From Nostoc sp. DedSLP01 (lineage in GTDB: Bacteria; Cyanobacteriota; Cyanobacteriia; Cyanobacteriales; Nostocaceae): a stretch of 64,000 nt of DNA. Made by a program: the position numbers and the translations under genes. The notes beneath the pieces were generated by a model, which was given only the letters and a program-made list of their open reading frames with translations, searched no databases and had not been told where the DNA came from. Location: positions 224,001 through 288,000 of the forward strand of contig JAVRCJ020000002.1 of the NCBI GenBank assembly GCA_034530875.2. Direction: 5' to 3'. Below are positions 20,073-30,162 of this stretch, piece after piece (within the stretch, counting starts at the first letter, position 1; each line of letters begins with the position of its first letter).

Positions 20073-20771
20073 TTATTCAGGTTGGTTAATTTCTTCTTTC
20101 ATTTGTTCTAACAATGGACGAAATGAAGAATACGAAGTATAGCCATTTATATTTATTCCTCTTACTTCTAACGTCCGCAATAGTTTAAAACGAGTGTTAA
20201 ATTCTGCTGTTTTGTCTATATGAATTAAAGCGTCAATTATCTCTTTATTCCACTTACTAAGATTTGTAAAATAATCAACGCATAAGTTGTGAATATATTC
20301 ATCTGAACTTTTATATATTAAATCAATTAGAGCATTAATAGCCTCTCTATTACCTTTTCCAATAAGTCTTAAAGTATAAGCAACATACTGGTGAGTATGT
20401 TCTTCTTCTGTTATTTTTGCCAAACTTATTAGACTAGTAATTGCATATTGATTCCCAACAGCAATTTTTGCCAAGTTCTGAGCTGCTATCCTGCGGGTAG
20501 GTATACGAGCAGTGTTGAGTTGCTCAATCAGAATTTGGATAACATCATTATTATCAGTACCAATTTCGCCCAAACTTTGAATTACTGCCCAGCGTGTTGG
20601 TTCATCAGTTGTGGTACGTACTATATTAATCAGAGCAGCTATTACATCCGGGTTATTAGCACCAAGAAACCCCAAATGTTTAGCAGTCTGTTTGAGAACA
20701 GCATTATCTTGACTTGTGCGTAGTTGCTGAACGAGAAAATCTATATTGTATTGTTCTTGCTGGTTACTCAT
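20073..20771 (-). CDS. HEAT/PBS-lyase repeat protein
   Basis: Repeats of (R)..A...LG.IG..N...I..LI. Confidence 0.8.
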   Translation of the reverse strand: MSNQQEQYNIDFLVQQLRTSQDNAVLKQTAKHLGFLGANNPDVIAALINIVRTTTDEPTRWAVIQSLGEIGTDNNDVIQILIEQLNTARIPTRRIAAQNLAKIAVGNQYAITSLISLAKITEEEHTHQYVAYTLRLIGKGNREAINALIDLIYKSSDEYIHNLCVDYFTNLSKWNKEIIDALIHIDKTAEFNTRFKLLRTLEVRGININGYTSYSSFRPLLEQMKEEINQPE

Positions 20772-20835
20772 TGGCTTTCTGAACCAAGAAAGTTGTACAT
20801 TGCGTTCAAGATAAACTAACCAATAACAGCTATAT

Positions 20836-22347
20836 ATGAACTTTCGTGATGAGTTTAAACTACTGCTACGCGCCCGCTACCCGTTGATTTATATTCCTAC
20901 ATACGAAGAGGAACGGGTAGAAGCATCTATCCGAGAAGAAGCAGCAAATCAAGGCAATCGCCCTGTGTATACTTGGGATTTTGTCGATGGTTACCAAGGA
21001 AATCCTAATGATGCGGGATTTGGGCGGCGTAACCCGCTGCAAGCTTTGGAATTCGTGGAAAAATTACCAGCCTCCGCGCCAGCGGTATTGATTTTACGAG
21101 ATTATCATCGCTTTTTAGAAGATGTGGCGATCGCCCGCAAACTCCGCAACCTCGCCCGACTCCTCAAGTCGCAACCAAAAAATATTGTACTGCTGTCGCC
21201 ACGCATCGCCATTCCTGATGATTTAACCGAAGTGCTGACAGTCGTCGAGTTTCCTTTACCCAGCGCCCCAGAAATTAAAACTGAGGTAGAACGCTTACTG
21301 CAAGCTACTGGTAACTCGCTGTCTGGGAAAGTTTTAGATGACTTGGTGCGCTCTTGTCAAGGACTTTCGATGGAACGGATTCGGCGGGTTTTGGCAAGAG
21401 CGATCGCTAGCCACGGTGAATTGCAGCCAGAAGACGTGGATCTCGTTTTGGAAGAAAAACGCCAAACTATCCGCCAAACCCAAATCCTGGACTTCTACCC
21501 CGCCACAGAGCAAATTTCCGATATCGGCGGACTCGATAACTTGAAAGACTGGCTGATTCGTCGGGGAGGCTCATTTAGCGAACGAGCAAGGCAGTACGGA
21601 TTACCGCACCCCCGTGGTTTAATGTTGGTGGGTATTCAGGGGACTGGTAAATCGTTAACGGCAAAAGCGATCGCTCATCACTGGCATTTACCCCTGCTAC
21701 GTTTGGATGTCGGGCGGTTATTTGGTGGTTTAGTGGGCGAATCAGAATCTCGCACCCGCCAAATGATTCAAGTAGCTGAAGCCCTCGCCCCCTGTATTTT
21801 GTGGATTGATGAAATAGATAAAGCCTTTTCCGGGCTTGGTAGCAAAGGAGATGCCGGCACCACTAGCCGCGTATTTGGTACATTTATTAACTGGCTAGCC
21901 GAAAAAACCTCACCCGTCTTTGTCGTCGCCACCGCCAACGATATCCAAGCCCTACCGCCAGAAATGCTGCGTAAAGGGCGATTTGATGAAATTTTCTTTG
22001 TCGGTTTGCCCACCCAAGAAGAGAGAAAAGCAATTTTTAACGTTCATTTATCCCGGCTGCGCCCCCATAACTTAAAAAGTTATGACATCGACAGGTTAGC
22101 TTATGAGACACCTGATTTTTCTGGGGCAGAAATTGAGCAAACTTTAATTGAAGCCATGCACATTGGATTTAGCCAAAACCGCGATTTTACTAAAGACGAT
22201 ATTTTAGAAGCTGCTAGTCAAATCATCCCCTTAGCACGAACCGCCGTAGAACAAATTCAACAACTTCAAGAATGGGCTGCTGCTGGAAGAGCGCGTTTAG
22301 CCTCGAAACACAGCCCTTTGAGCGATACTTTCGGTAAGCTACGCTAA
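20836..22347 (+). CDS. ycf46: Ycf46-family AAA ATPase
   Basis: [11 protein letters not shown], Walker A GIQGTGKS, Walker [17 protein letters not shown]. Confidence 0.9.
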   Translation: MNFRDEFKLLLRARYPLIYIPTYEEERVEASIREEAANQGNRPVYTWDFVDGYQGNPNDAGFGRRNPLQALEFVEKLPASAPAVLILRDYHRFLEDVAIARKLRNLARLLKSQPKNIVLLSPRIAIPDDLTEVLTVVEFPLPSAPEIKTEVERLLQATGNSLSGKVLDDLVRSCQGLSMERIRRVLARAIASHGELQPEDVDLVLEEKRQTIRQTQILDFYPATEQISDIGGLDNLKDWLIRRGGSFSERARQYGLPHPRGLMLVGIQGTGKSLTAKAIAHHWHLPLLRLDVGRLFGGLVGESESRTRQMIQVAEALAPCILWIDEIDKAFSGLGSKGDAGTTSRVFGTFINWLAEKTSPVFVVATANDIQALPPEMLRKGRFDEIFFVGLPTQEERKAIFNVHLSRLRPHNLKSYDIDRLAYETPDFSGAEIEQTLIEAMHIGFSQNRDFTKDDILEAASQIIPLARTAVEQIQQLQEWAAAGRARLASKHSPLSDTFGKLR

Positions 22348-22388
22348 CGCATTCAGTGGCGGCTAGAATAATCAGTTGTCAAAAACAG

Positions 22389-22517
22389 GCAGAGGGGCAG
22401 GGGAGGCAGAGGGAGCAGGGGGAGCAGGGGGAGATGGGGAAGTGTGGGAAGTGCGGGGGAAAGAGAATTGATGCTTCCCCATCCTCCCACACCTCCCACA
22501 CCCCCTGCTTGCCCCAT
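22389..22517 (+). repeat. STRR-built ~130-bp element, copy 1
   Basis: Near-identical to the reverse complement of 23216-23330. Confidence 0.8.
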
Positions 22518-22681
22518 ACCCTGCCTGTTTCAACAGATAAACACGTGTTTCTGTGCTTTTTTGCAAATAGCCGGCAGTCTATAGCCAAAACATAACGATC
22601 GATTATCATGAACTATTGATTCTTATACAAATGCCTTAAATTGCTTCTCTACTGGTAACCCTTGATAATCAGGTTTTAATT

Positions 22682-23206
22682 ATGTTGTCTGGCTTGTTAA
22701 AGTATGTACTGGGATTTTTCTTAGCGATCGCTGTATTAATCGGTAGCGGTGTTGCAGTTGCACTCTACTTCATGAATCGCACTGCCATACCCCCTGGCAA
22801 ACCCATTTATCCCAATGATAGCCCCTTGGTCAAAGCCCAAGCCCCAAAAAAACCAACCGAGGCTGGAGGTAAACCCACCGCTACACCTAAAACCTCAGCT
22901 GACCCTTCTCCAACCGCAACCTCTACTCCAACCTCCACTGAATCACCTCAGCCTACCCCATCCTCAACACCAAAACCATTACCACCGGGAGCTTACCGCG
23001 GGCGTGTTAGTTGGGCTGACGGCTTGAGTTTGCGTTCAGAACCAAATCAAGACGCTGAACGTATTGGTGGAGTTGGTTTTAATCAGAAAATTATTGTCTT
23101 GGAAGAAAGCCCAGATAAAGCTTGGCAAAAAATCCGTTTGGAAGATACCGAACAAGAAGGTTGGGTGAAATCAGGTAATACTGAAAAAGTTGATGAACAA
23201 CAATAG
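22682..23206 (+). CDS. Membrane-anchored bacterial SH3-domain protein
   Basis: N-terminal TM, Pro/Thr-rich linker, GLSLRSEP...WQKIR...GWVK. Confidence 0.88.
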   Translation: MLSGLLKYVLGFFLAIAVLIGSGVAVALYFMNRTAIPPGKPIYPNDSPLVKAQAPKKPTEAGGKPTATPKTSADPSPTATSTPTSTESPQPTPSSTPKPLPPGAYRGRVSWADGLSLRSEPNQDAERIGGVGFNQKIIVLEESPDKAWQKIRLEDTEQEGWVKSGNTEKVDEQQ

Positions 23207-23215
23207 GTATTGGGC

Positions 23216-23330
23216 ATGGGGCAAGCAGGGAGTGTGGGAGGTGTGGGAGGATGGGGAAGCATCAATTCTCTTTCCCCCCACACTTCCCACACTTCCCCAT
23301 CTTCCCCTGCTCCCTCTGCCCCTCTGCTCC
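23216..23330 (-). repeat. STRR-built element, copy 2 (inverted)
   Basis: Shares the AAAGAGAATTGATGCTTCCCC core and both flanks with copy 1. Confidence 0.8.
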
Positions 23331-23430
23331 CCACTCCCCAATTCACTCAGTTGTAAAGAATCATACAAAAACAAATATTACACAGAGAAGCTGGTATAAT
23401 CGTGCATGGTCATAACCTGAAAAAAAACAA

Positions 23431-24855
23431 GTGAACACAGGGGAAAATAGCTCTTTAACAGAGCTAGCCTCAGTCTTTGAGGCATCTGGAAGTATCAAAG
23501 TTGTTCATCTCCCGCCGAATCTAAAATTTTTGCATTGGAAAAATTTATCTAGTAGTGCTGCGATGCGCCTTTTATCTGTGGCACTAACTATGGGATTTCT
23601 CAGTATTGCTGGGCAAGCTTTAGCACTTCAGAAAATTGGAAGTAATAGTTCTGAAGTCGCTAGTAGTCAAAGATGTTTAAAAAAGTTAGGCTACTTTAAA
23701 GGCCCGGTAACAGGGAAGTTTGCTGCATTGACTCAGAATGCTGTCATCAAATTTCAGCAAGCAAATAGATTACCTGCGGTTGGGTTTATCGGCCCTAGTA
23801 CTCAAAGAGCGTTGCAAAAAGCCTGTCAGAACAAAACATCTAAAAGCAATCTTAATCGAAATTCGCGCTCGACACTCGGTGGATATCCTACTCTTTCTCA
23901 AGGCAGTAGTGGTGCAGCCGTAACTAAGTTGCAACAGCGTCTCAAGCAACGCGGTTACTTTAATGCTAATCCTACAGGAAAGTTTGGGTTAATTACTAAA
24001 GATGCTGTAATTGCATTTCAGAGAAATTACGGTATATCTCCTACTGGAGTTGTCGGTCGGCAAACTTGGAACGCACTAGTAAGTTCTTCTAAGGCTCCAA
24101 CTAGATCGAGTAAGCCTCCAGCTAGATCGAGTTTTTCCACTCAACAAATCAGAGAACTACAAGAGCATTTACGAAAACTAGGCTACTTTCAAGCTAATCC
24201 CACTGGCAATACTGGCCCGCTTACTAGACAAGCGATCGCCAAATTCCAAAAAGATTATAGATTACCGATTAATGGTGTAGCTAACGCCCAAGTTTTGGCA
24301 GCAGTACGTAGAGCCTCAGCTGGTGGATATAGTACTCAACAACCAAGTAAAAATTATCTCACAGTTGGCGATCGCTCGGATAGCGTGAAATTAGTTCAAG
24401 ACCGTTTGTTCCAATTGGGCTTTTTTAATGCCACTTCTGATGGTTATTTCAGCGATTACACCAAAGAATCTGTACTTGCATTCCAGCAATCTTCTCGACT
24501 CAATCCGACTGGAAATGTAGATTGGCAAACTTGGGAAGCATTAGGATTAAATAACTCAAATAGCAGTAATTATACTGAAGCCAGTCGTTCTGTAGTTCCT
24601 GCAACCAATGACTATTTATTACCTGAAACTAACGGTAATGTTTTAGCTGGTAACACTCGCTATACAGTTATTGTGCCTATTTTCAGTCATGATACCCTCA
24701 CTAAAGTGCAACAGTATATACCTAATGCTGTGGCAGAGCAATCTAGTTTAGGTGATTATGTGAATGCTGGAGCATTTAGCGATCGCACACAAGCAGAAAC
24801 GCTAACGAAAATGCTCCGTTCCTACGGTATAGATGCACGGGTTAGATACAATTGA
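23431..24855 (+). CDS. Secreted protein with four peptidoglycan-binding (PG_binding_1) domains and a SPOR-like C-terminus
   Basis: Four repeats of Q..L..LG(Y/F)F....TG.F...T..AV..FQ...L...G; C-terminal VNAGAFSDR..AE. Confidence 0.85.
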   Translation: MNTGENSSLTELASVFEASGSIKVVHLPPNLKFLHWKNLSSSAAMRLLSVALTMGFLSIAGQALALQKIGSNSSEVASSQRCLKKLGYFKGPVTGKFAALTQNAVIKFQQANRLPAVGFIGPSTQRALQKACQNKTSKSNLNRNSRSTLGGYPTLSQGSSGAAVTKLQQRLKQRGYFNANPTGKFGLITKDAVIAFQRNYGISPTGVVGRQTWNALVSSSKAPTRSSKPPARSSFSTQQIRELQEHLRKLGYFQANPTGNTGPLTRQAIAKFQKDYRLPINGVANAQVLAAVRRASAGGYSTQQPSKNYLTVGDRSDSVKLVQDRLFQLGFFNATSDGYFSDYTKESVLAFQQSSRLNPTGNVDWQTWEALGLNNSNSSNYTEASRSVVPATNDYLLPETNGNVLAGNTRYTVIVPIFSHDTLTKVQQYIPNAVAEQSSLGDYVNAGAFSDRTQAETLTKMLRSYGIDARVRYN

Positions 24856-24863
24856 AGAATTCT

Positions 24864-24886
24864 GTTAGCGCAGCGGGGCGTAGCCC
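24864..24886 (+). repeat. SDR-type small dispersed repeat
   Basis: GTTAGCGCAGCGGGGCGTAGCCC embedded in ATTCTG/CTCCTGA STRR context. Confidence 0.55.
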
Positions 24887-24911
24887 ATTCTGACTCCTGA
24901 ATTCTTACCAA

Positions 24912-27900
24912 TTAAATTGACAAACTCAACTGGGAACCTTGCTGAGTTTTATTCACTTCAATCCTGGCTTGGAAAGCTTCCTTGAGGTGGGGCATGTGAG
25001 TGACAGTGAGAATGCAAGCGAAATCAGAAGCGATCGCATTAATCGCTGCAACTAAGCGATCGCATCCTTCAGCATCTTGCGTCCCAAAACCCTCATCCAC
25101 AATTAACAATTGCAACGCCGCCCCCGCCCGTTGTGCTAATAATTTCGCTAAGGCTAAACGGATAGCAAAGTTAATTCTAAAAGCTTCTCCACCAGAATAA
25201 GTTTCATAAGCCCGGGTTCCTCTAGAATCGGCGATTAAAATATCCAAAGTATCTATCAACTTCACATTTTTCTTAGTTGATTTACCATTGCGTCCAGCTT
25301 TTTGAGTAATAAATTGTACGTGAAATTGATTGGCACTTAACCGCGAAAGTAATTGATTTGTCTCAGCTTCCAATTGCGGCAAGACATTTTCAATCATCAG
25401 TGTTTGGATGCCATTTTTACCAAAAGCTTGCGCCAATTCCTGATAAACACGCTGTTCGCGTTTGCAAGATTGTAATTGTTTGTATTGTTGTTCGTACTGA
25501 ATTTGCAGCGTTTCTAGTTGATGCGCCAACTGTTCTAAACGCCCCAACTTGGCGATTTGCTCGTCGAGTTGGCGTCTGCGTATTGCTAACTGCTGCTCTA
25601 GGGCTTGAATTTGGGCAGATGGGTTGGCTGTTGCTTGTAGTTGCTCGATTATGCTTTCGATTTGACTAGCAAGTTTTTGTCGCTCTGCTATTCTGACGCC
25701 TTTAGACTCCTCTAATTCTTGCAATCTCGTCTGAAGTTGGGGATACTGCTGCTGGGCTGCTATGAGTTGCTGATATCGCAAATGCCAAGATTGAGCTTTC
25801 TTGACAGCCATGCGGAGGTTGTTATGCACCTCCAAACTGTAGCCAATTTCAACGATGTGACGTTCCAGAGCTGCAATTTGTTTGGCACATTCAGAATTAG
25901 TTTGCTCTTGCTGGATTCTAGCTTGTAATTCTGCAATAGTAGCCATAAGTTCTGGCTTTCGGGCTGCTAGTTGCACTTGTCGCTTAGTAGCGTCTTTAAT
26001 CTGGCTTTGTTTAATTTCTGCCCAGCGCCATCGCTCAACTTCGCTGCGAGCTAGGGCGTGGTCTTGCTCGTTATAATTTGCTTGTTGCAGGTATTGGTCT
26101 AATTTTCGCAGTTCGGCTTGTTGTTCCGGAGCGTAATCACCACCTTGTAGCGATCGCTCTAAATGTTGTTTTTCAGCAGCAATTTGTTCTAATTGATTTT
26201 GGACATCAGTTGTCGCTTCTAACTGTGCTGCCAATTGTCCCCGTTGTTCGCGCAAACCGTCATAAATCGCCAATTCCTGCAAAATTTCCCGATATTTTTG
26301 TCTTAGCACCTGAATTTCTTTATCTGACACAGCCATTTGTTCCCGCACGACCCAAAACTGTCCTTGAGTATCATCAATCTCATTTTGGGTTTTTTCCACC
26401 ACGCGGCTCCAATGATGTTCGTCTAGTGGACGTTCGCACAACGGACAAAGAGCATTGGGATTTTGGAGCATTTGCAATTTTTGCTCTAATTGTCCCAGCA
26501 GTTTTTCATAATCGCGTTGATGAGCTTGCAGACGTTCGAGAAAATGACGCCTTTCTTGCCCTTTTTCCTGGACTCGTTGCAAATAAACCCGCTTTTTATC
26601 CAATTCCTCTATTTGGATTGCGACATCCATCACCGCTTGTTGCAATTGCGGTTGGCGTCGTTGCTGGCGTTGCAATTGGTTTTCTGTATTTTCCAGTTGT
26701 TCGAGCCTAGCGACTAAACCAGCATGAGTCCGATCTAATTGGCTTTGTAAAGCTGCTCGTTGTTGCAACAAAGGAGTCACCTGCATTTGCAATTGGTCTA
26801 AATGAGCAAGATGGTGACGTGCTGCGCCTAGTTGAGATAAAGCAGCCTCAACTTCACCTGATTTGGTGAGAGTTTGCTGAATTTCTCGCTCTTGTTGTTG
26901 CAAAGCTTCGAGTTGGGCTTGAGCTTGTTGCAGTTGGCGTTCGATTTCCTGAATTTGTTTGGTAAGCTGTTGTTGCTTTTGTTGGCGAGTTTGCCCAGCG
27001 CGGCTATATTCTTCAAATTTGGCAGCAAAAGCTTCTTCTTGAGATTGCAGACTTTGATATTGGGCGTATCCAGCCTTAATCTCGGCTTCTCGATCTAAAA
27101 TTTTTTCTAATTCTGATAGCTGACTCCTAACCGCTAACTGTTCTTGTTGCAGGCGATCGCAGTCTTGATTAAGATTTTGATATTGCTGCTTGACAAAGCT
27201 CAGTTGTTGTTCCCAGTTTTGCCGCTGGTGCTGGACAACTTGCAAACTTTGTAATTGAATATTGTCAAAAGCTTGTACTTGTTGCAGTTGATTTAGTTCG
27301 GCTTCTAACTGTTCTCTTTGCGCCTCAGTTGTCTGGCGTTGTTGCAGCTGAATTTTAATCGCATCTAAAGAACGTTCTAGTTCCTCCGCCCGTGCTTTAA
27401 ACTGACGAGAAGATTCCTTGGCTCGTTCTTCTAAATCATCATACTGATTGAGTTTTAACAACTCTGCTAAAATTTCCTTGCGTTCGGTAGGCCGTTTGAG
27501 CATGAATTCATCAGCTCGACCTTGACGCAGATAGGCAGAATTAATAAAAGTATCGTAATCGAGTTTAATGTGTTCTAAAATCAAATCTTGGGTTGCCCTT
27601 ACTCCTTTACCAGTGAGTGGGCGAAATCCAGAAGGTGTTTCTATTTGAAATTCTAGGACGCTACTACCTCCCCGAATTCGAGTGCGAATCACCCGATATG
27701 TTTGCTGGTTGCTTTGAAAAGTAAAATCAACCCGGACTTCTTTGGCACCAGAATAAATAACATCGTCTTCAGCACTGGCACGGCTTTCACCCCAAATTGC
27801 CCAAGTGATTGCTTCTAAAAGAGAGGATTTACCCGCACCATTGGAACCAGAAATACAAGCCGTATGCAAACCACGAAAATCTAAAGTTGCATCACGGTAA

Positions 27901-27938
27901 CTAAGGAAGTTTTTGAGGATAATTTGTACTGGGATCAT
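24912..27938 (-). CDS. sbcC: SbcC (Rad50-like SMC ATPase)
   Basis: Walker A GSNGAGKS, long coiled coil, CPLC zinc hook, YSGGE signature, LIVDE Walker B. Confidence 0.95.
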   Translation of the reverse strand: MIPVQIILKNFLSYRDATLDFRGLHTACISGSNGAGKSSLLEAITWAIWGESRASAEDDVIYSGAKEVRVDFTFQSNQQTYRVIRTRIRGGSSVLEFQIETPSGFRPLTGKGVRATQDLILEHIKLDYDTFINSAYLRQGRADEFMLKRPTERKEILAELLKLNQYDDLEERAKESSRQFKARAEELERSLDAIKIQLQQRQTTEAQREQLEAELNQLQQVQAFDNIQLQSLQVVQHQRQNWEQQLSFVKQQYQNLNQDCDRLQQEQLAVRSQLSELEKILDREAEIKAGYAQYQSLQSQEEAFAAKFEEYSRAGQTRQQKQQQLTKQIQEIERQLQQAQAQLEALQQQEREIQQTLTKSGEVEAALSQLGAARHHLAHLDQLQMQVTPLLQQRAALQSQLDRTHAGLVARLEQLENTENQLQRQQRRQPQLQQAVMDVAIQIEELDKKRVYLQRVQEKGQERRHFLERLQAHQRDYEKLLGQLEQKLQMLQNPNALCPLCERPLDEHHWSRVVEKTQNEIDDTQGQFWVVREQMAVSDKEIQVLRQKYREILQELAIYDGLREQRGQLAAQLEATTDVQNQLEQIAAEKQHLERSLQGGDYAPEQQAELRKLDQYLQQANYNEQDHALARSEVERWRWAEIKQSQIKDATKRQVQLAARKPELMATIAELQARIQQEQTNSECAKQIAALERHIVEIGYSLEVHNNLRMAVKKAQSWHLRYQQLIAAQQQYPQLQTRLQELEESKGVRIAERQKLASQIESIIEQLQATANPSAQIQALEQQLAIRRRQLDEQIAKLGRLEQLAHQLETLQIQYEQQYKQLQSCKREQRVYQELAQAFGKNGIQTLMIENVLPQLEAETNQLLSRLSANQFHVQFITQKAGRNGKSTKKNVKLIDTLDILIADSRGTRAYETYSGGEAFRINFAIRLALAKLLAQRAGAALQLLIVDEGFGTQDAEGCDRLVAAINAIASDFACILTVTHMPHLKEAFQARIEVNKTQQGSQLSLSI

Positions 27939-27975
27939 TCACGCTATAGCGTCACATCTACTTTTAATCATTAAG

Positions 27976-27989
27976 AGTACAGATGCACT
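27976..27989. promoter_or_regulatory. Putative cyanobacterial LexA box upstream of sbcC
   Basis: AGTAC-AGAT-GCACT, one mismatch to RGTAC-N4-GTWCB, 37 nt from the sbcC start. Confidence 0.6.
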
Positions 27990-28042
27990 GTTTGTTAGTT
28001 TAGCTATCTAGATATCAGGTTTCTAGTCTTGAAGATATCAAA

Positions 28043-28060
28043 TTTACAAAATTTTACAAT
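28043..28060 (+). promoter_or_regulatory. HLR1 (RpaB-binding) direct repeat
   Basis: TTTACAAA-AT-TTTACAAT matches KTTACAWW-N2-KTTACAWW. Confidence 0.55.
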
Positions 28061-28624
28061 TTTATAAGTAAATTTTTCTTGTTGGATGAATAATTTTTGC
28101 AGCATTCAGAGAAAAACGAAACTATTTTAGAGACTCCCTTGTATTTCCTGACGCTGACGGAGAATTGAAAATGAAAAGGGATGGAGAAGATAAACGAGAT
28201 AAGGCAGATAAGAGAGATATTAGTTTCGCATATTCTTTATTTCTAGATGCTATTTCCGAACGCCAATTAGTATCTAGAACTTGTATTTGATTTTTGAAAA
28301 ACTCCCCACTCCCCACTCCCTGGCGAACTTTATTACTTGACTAGGTATCAACAGTCCAATATATTTACCTAGAGCAATGAGGATGTTGTGTATGCGATGG
28401 GGATAAATTACCAAATCTATAGTAAAAATTAGCACAATTTTAGTGCTGAGATAAGATCCTAGCGATCGCTTTGCTATTCTCCAAGTTGCTAAACCAGCCA
28501 CATCACCAGTACCGCTTTGGGTAATTGCTAATTTCTATACCGCAAGCGTTTGCTTTTCGAGAAGTTGGTGAACTTGCATTGCAATTAAAAATCCGAAAAT
28601 TTCAGATACTCACGCAGTAACCCG

Positions 28625-29584
28625 ATGATTGAAAAAACAGTAAAAGTAACAAAAAGCGAACTATTGCCAGAGGGAGATTACGTTTCACCAGGATTTTCCA
28701 TTATTCAGCCAGATTCATGTTTTCCTAATATGATTTTGGGAAATCCATATAATAGTTTTTGGTATTACCTGCGGCGAGATATTGCTCATAACTGGTATGT
28801 AGATAGGCGACGCCAGGATACAGGATTTGTCAGCAGAGATGAAGCTCATATTCTGTATAATACAGCCTTAAAATTTCAGGGTAAAAAAGCTTTAGAAATC
28901 GGCTGTTGGATGGGTTGGTCAGCTTGTCATTTAGCTTTAGGAGGAGTGCAGCTAGATGTTATCGATCCGATGCTATCCCAAGAATTATTTTATGAGAGCG
29001 TCACAGATTCACTCAAATCAGCTGGTGTTAAGGAATCAGTGAATCTCATACCAGGATATAGCCCCCAAGCAGTAGAAGAATTAGCAAATAAATTTCAACG
29101 TAAATGGTCATTGATATTTATAGATGGGCATCACGAAACACCAGCCCCACTCAATGATGCAATAATTTGCGAACAATTTGCAGAACCCGATGCTTTAATT
29201 TTATTCCACGATTTAGCTTCTCCTGATGTTGGTGAAGGTTTGAATTACTTCAAACACAAAGGTTGGAACACAATGGTATATCAAACTATGCAAATCATGG
29301 GAGTTGCATGGCGCGGAAATATCGAGCCAGTAATGCATCAACCAGATCCTCAAATTAACTGGCGCTTACCTCCACATTTACGACAGTATCCTGTTAGTGG
29401 TTTGATACCAACTGTCGCGGAAGAAAAATTTAGAAAAGTCCTCAAATCATTTCAGCCGTATACTTTATTAAATGAAGAAAAATTATTCTCGCTGTACAGT
29501 CATGCAGATCAATTCTCTTATTATGTTTCTTGGCTACCACAAATGTTAAAACAGGCGATCGCCAGAACTAATAAAACCCAGTAA
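28625..29584 (+). CDS. Class I SAM-dependent methyltransferase (Methyltransf_24-like)
   Basis: ALEIGCWMGWS, LIFIDGHH, ILFHD. Confidence 0.85.
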   Translation: MIEKTVKVTKSELLPEGDYVSPGFSIIQPDSCFPNMILGNPYNSFWYYLRRDIAHNWYVDRRRQDTGFVSRDEAHILYNTALKFQGKKALEIGCWMGWSACHLALGGVQLDVIDPMLSQELFYESVTDSLKSAGVKESVNLIPGYSPQAVEELANKFQRKWSLIFIDGHHETPAPLNDAIICEQFAEPDALILFHDLASPDVGEGLNYFKHKGWNTMVYQTMQIMGVAWRGNIEPVMHQPDPQINWRLPPHLRQYPVSGLIPTVAEEKFRKVLKSFQPYTLLNEEKLFSLYSHADQFSYYVSWLPQMLKQAIARTNKTQ

Positions 29585-29710
29585 CGCTAGTATCTTGATG
29601 GGATGGGCTTAATTACCCGTCCTATTATTATCAAATGGCTAATTGCGATCGCTTCACCTAGACCGAAGATAATTCAATCCTTACATTACTTGTTAAAACT
29701 ACCAATTTAA

Positions 29711-29873
29711 GAGGATGTTTGAAAAGTCCTCTTGTCGGTATCGAAAAGTTCTAGATCCCCTTAAATCCCCCTTTTTAAGGGGGACTTTGATTCCAGTTCC
29801 CCCCTTTTTAAGGGGGGTTAGGGGGGATCTAAACGCGCCTAAAATCACAGTAAAATACTTTTCAAACAACCTC
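29711..29873. mobile_element. 163-bp MITE with 17-bp TIRs and TAA target duplication
   Basis: GAGGATGTTTGAAAAGT ... ACTTTTCAAACAACCTC (1 mismatch), TAA on both sides; internal CCCCCTTTTTAAGGGGG hairpins. Confidence 0.85.
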
Positions 29874-30160
29874 TAAGAATCAGTTCCCACTTGCTTTTTA
29901 TCTAATGGTAAATTCTCAGGTAACTGCCAAGAACGCCCTTGACAATAAACATAACCATTAGCGATGGAAATACCAAACATTTGTCGCATGATTTTGGTTG
30001 CTTCTTTTCTCTCTTCATCTGTTAAGTAATCCTCACCTTTGAAACCTGCTCGATAATGTCTAGGATTACCACCAGCTTCTACATAACGCTGCTTTCCAAT
30101 TTCTAAAATCTCTTGGAACCTTGCATACTTTTGTTTTTGCTCTTCAGTCCAATTTGCCAT
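29873..30160 (-). CDS. Hypothetical protein (95 aa)
   Basis: ATG 2 nt after the stop of the upstream small ORF; MANWTEEQKQKY... Confidence 0.65.
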   Translation of the reverse strand: MANWTEEQKQKYARFQEILEIGKQRYVEAGGNPRHYRAGFKGEDYLTDEERKEATKIMRQMFGISIANGYVYCQGRSWQLPENLPLDKKQVGTDS

Positions 30161-30162
30161 AA

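Noticed and set aside
22356..22609. Three overlapping small ORFs (and similar ones at 16408-16693 and 23083-23399)
   Set aside because: Translations of stop-poor STRR repeats
26078..26710. 210-aa plus-strand ORF and other antisense ORFs inside sbcC, pntAB, rpe, LCP, hik2 and AI-2E genes
   Set aside because: Shadow frames of well-supported genes with no recognisable motifs
28122..28501. Two short minus-strand ORFs between sbcC and the methyltransferase
   Set aside because: Non-ATG starts, no motifs, partly STRR-derived
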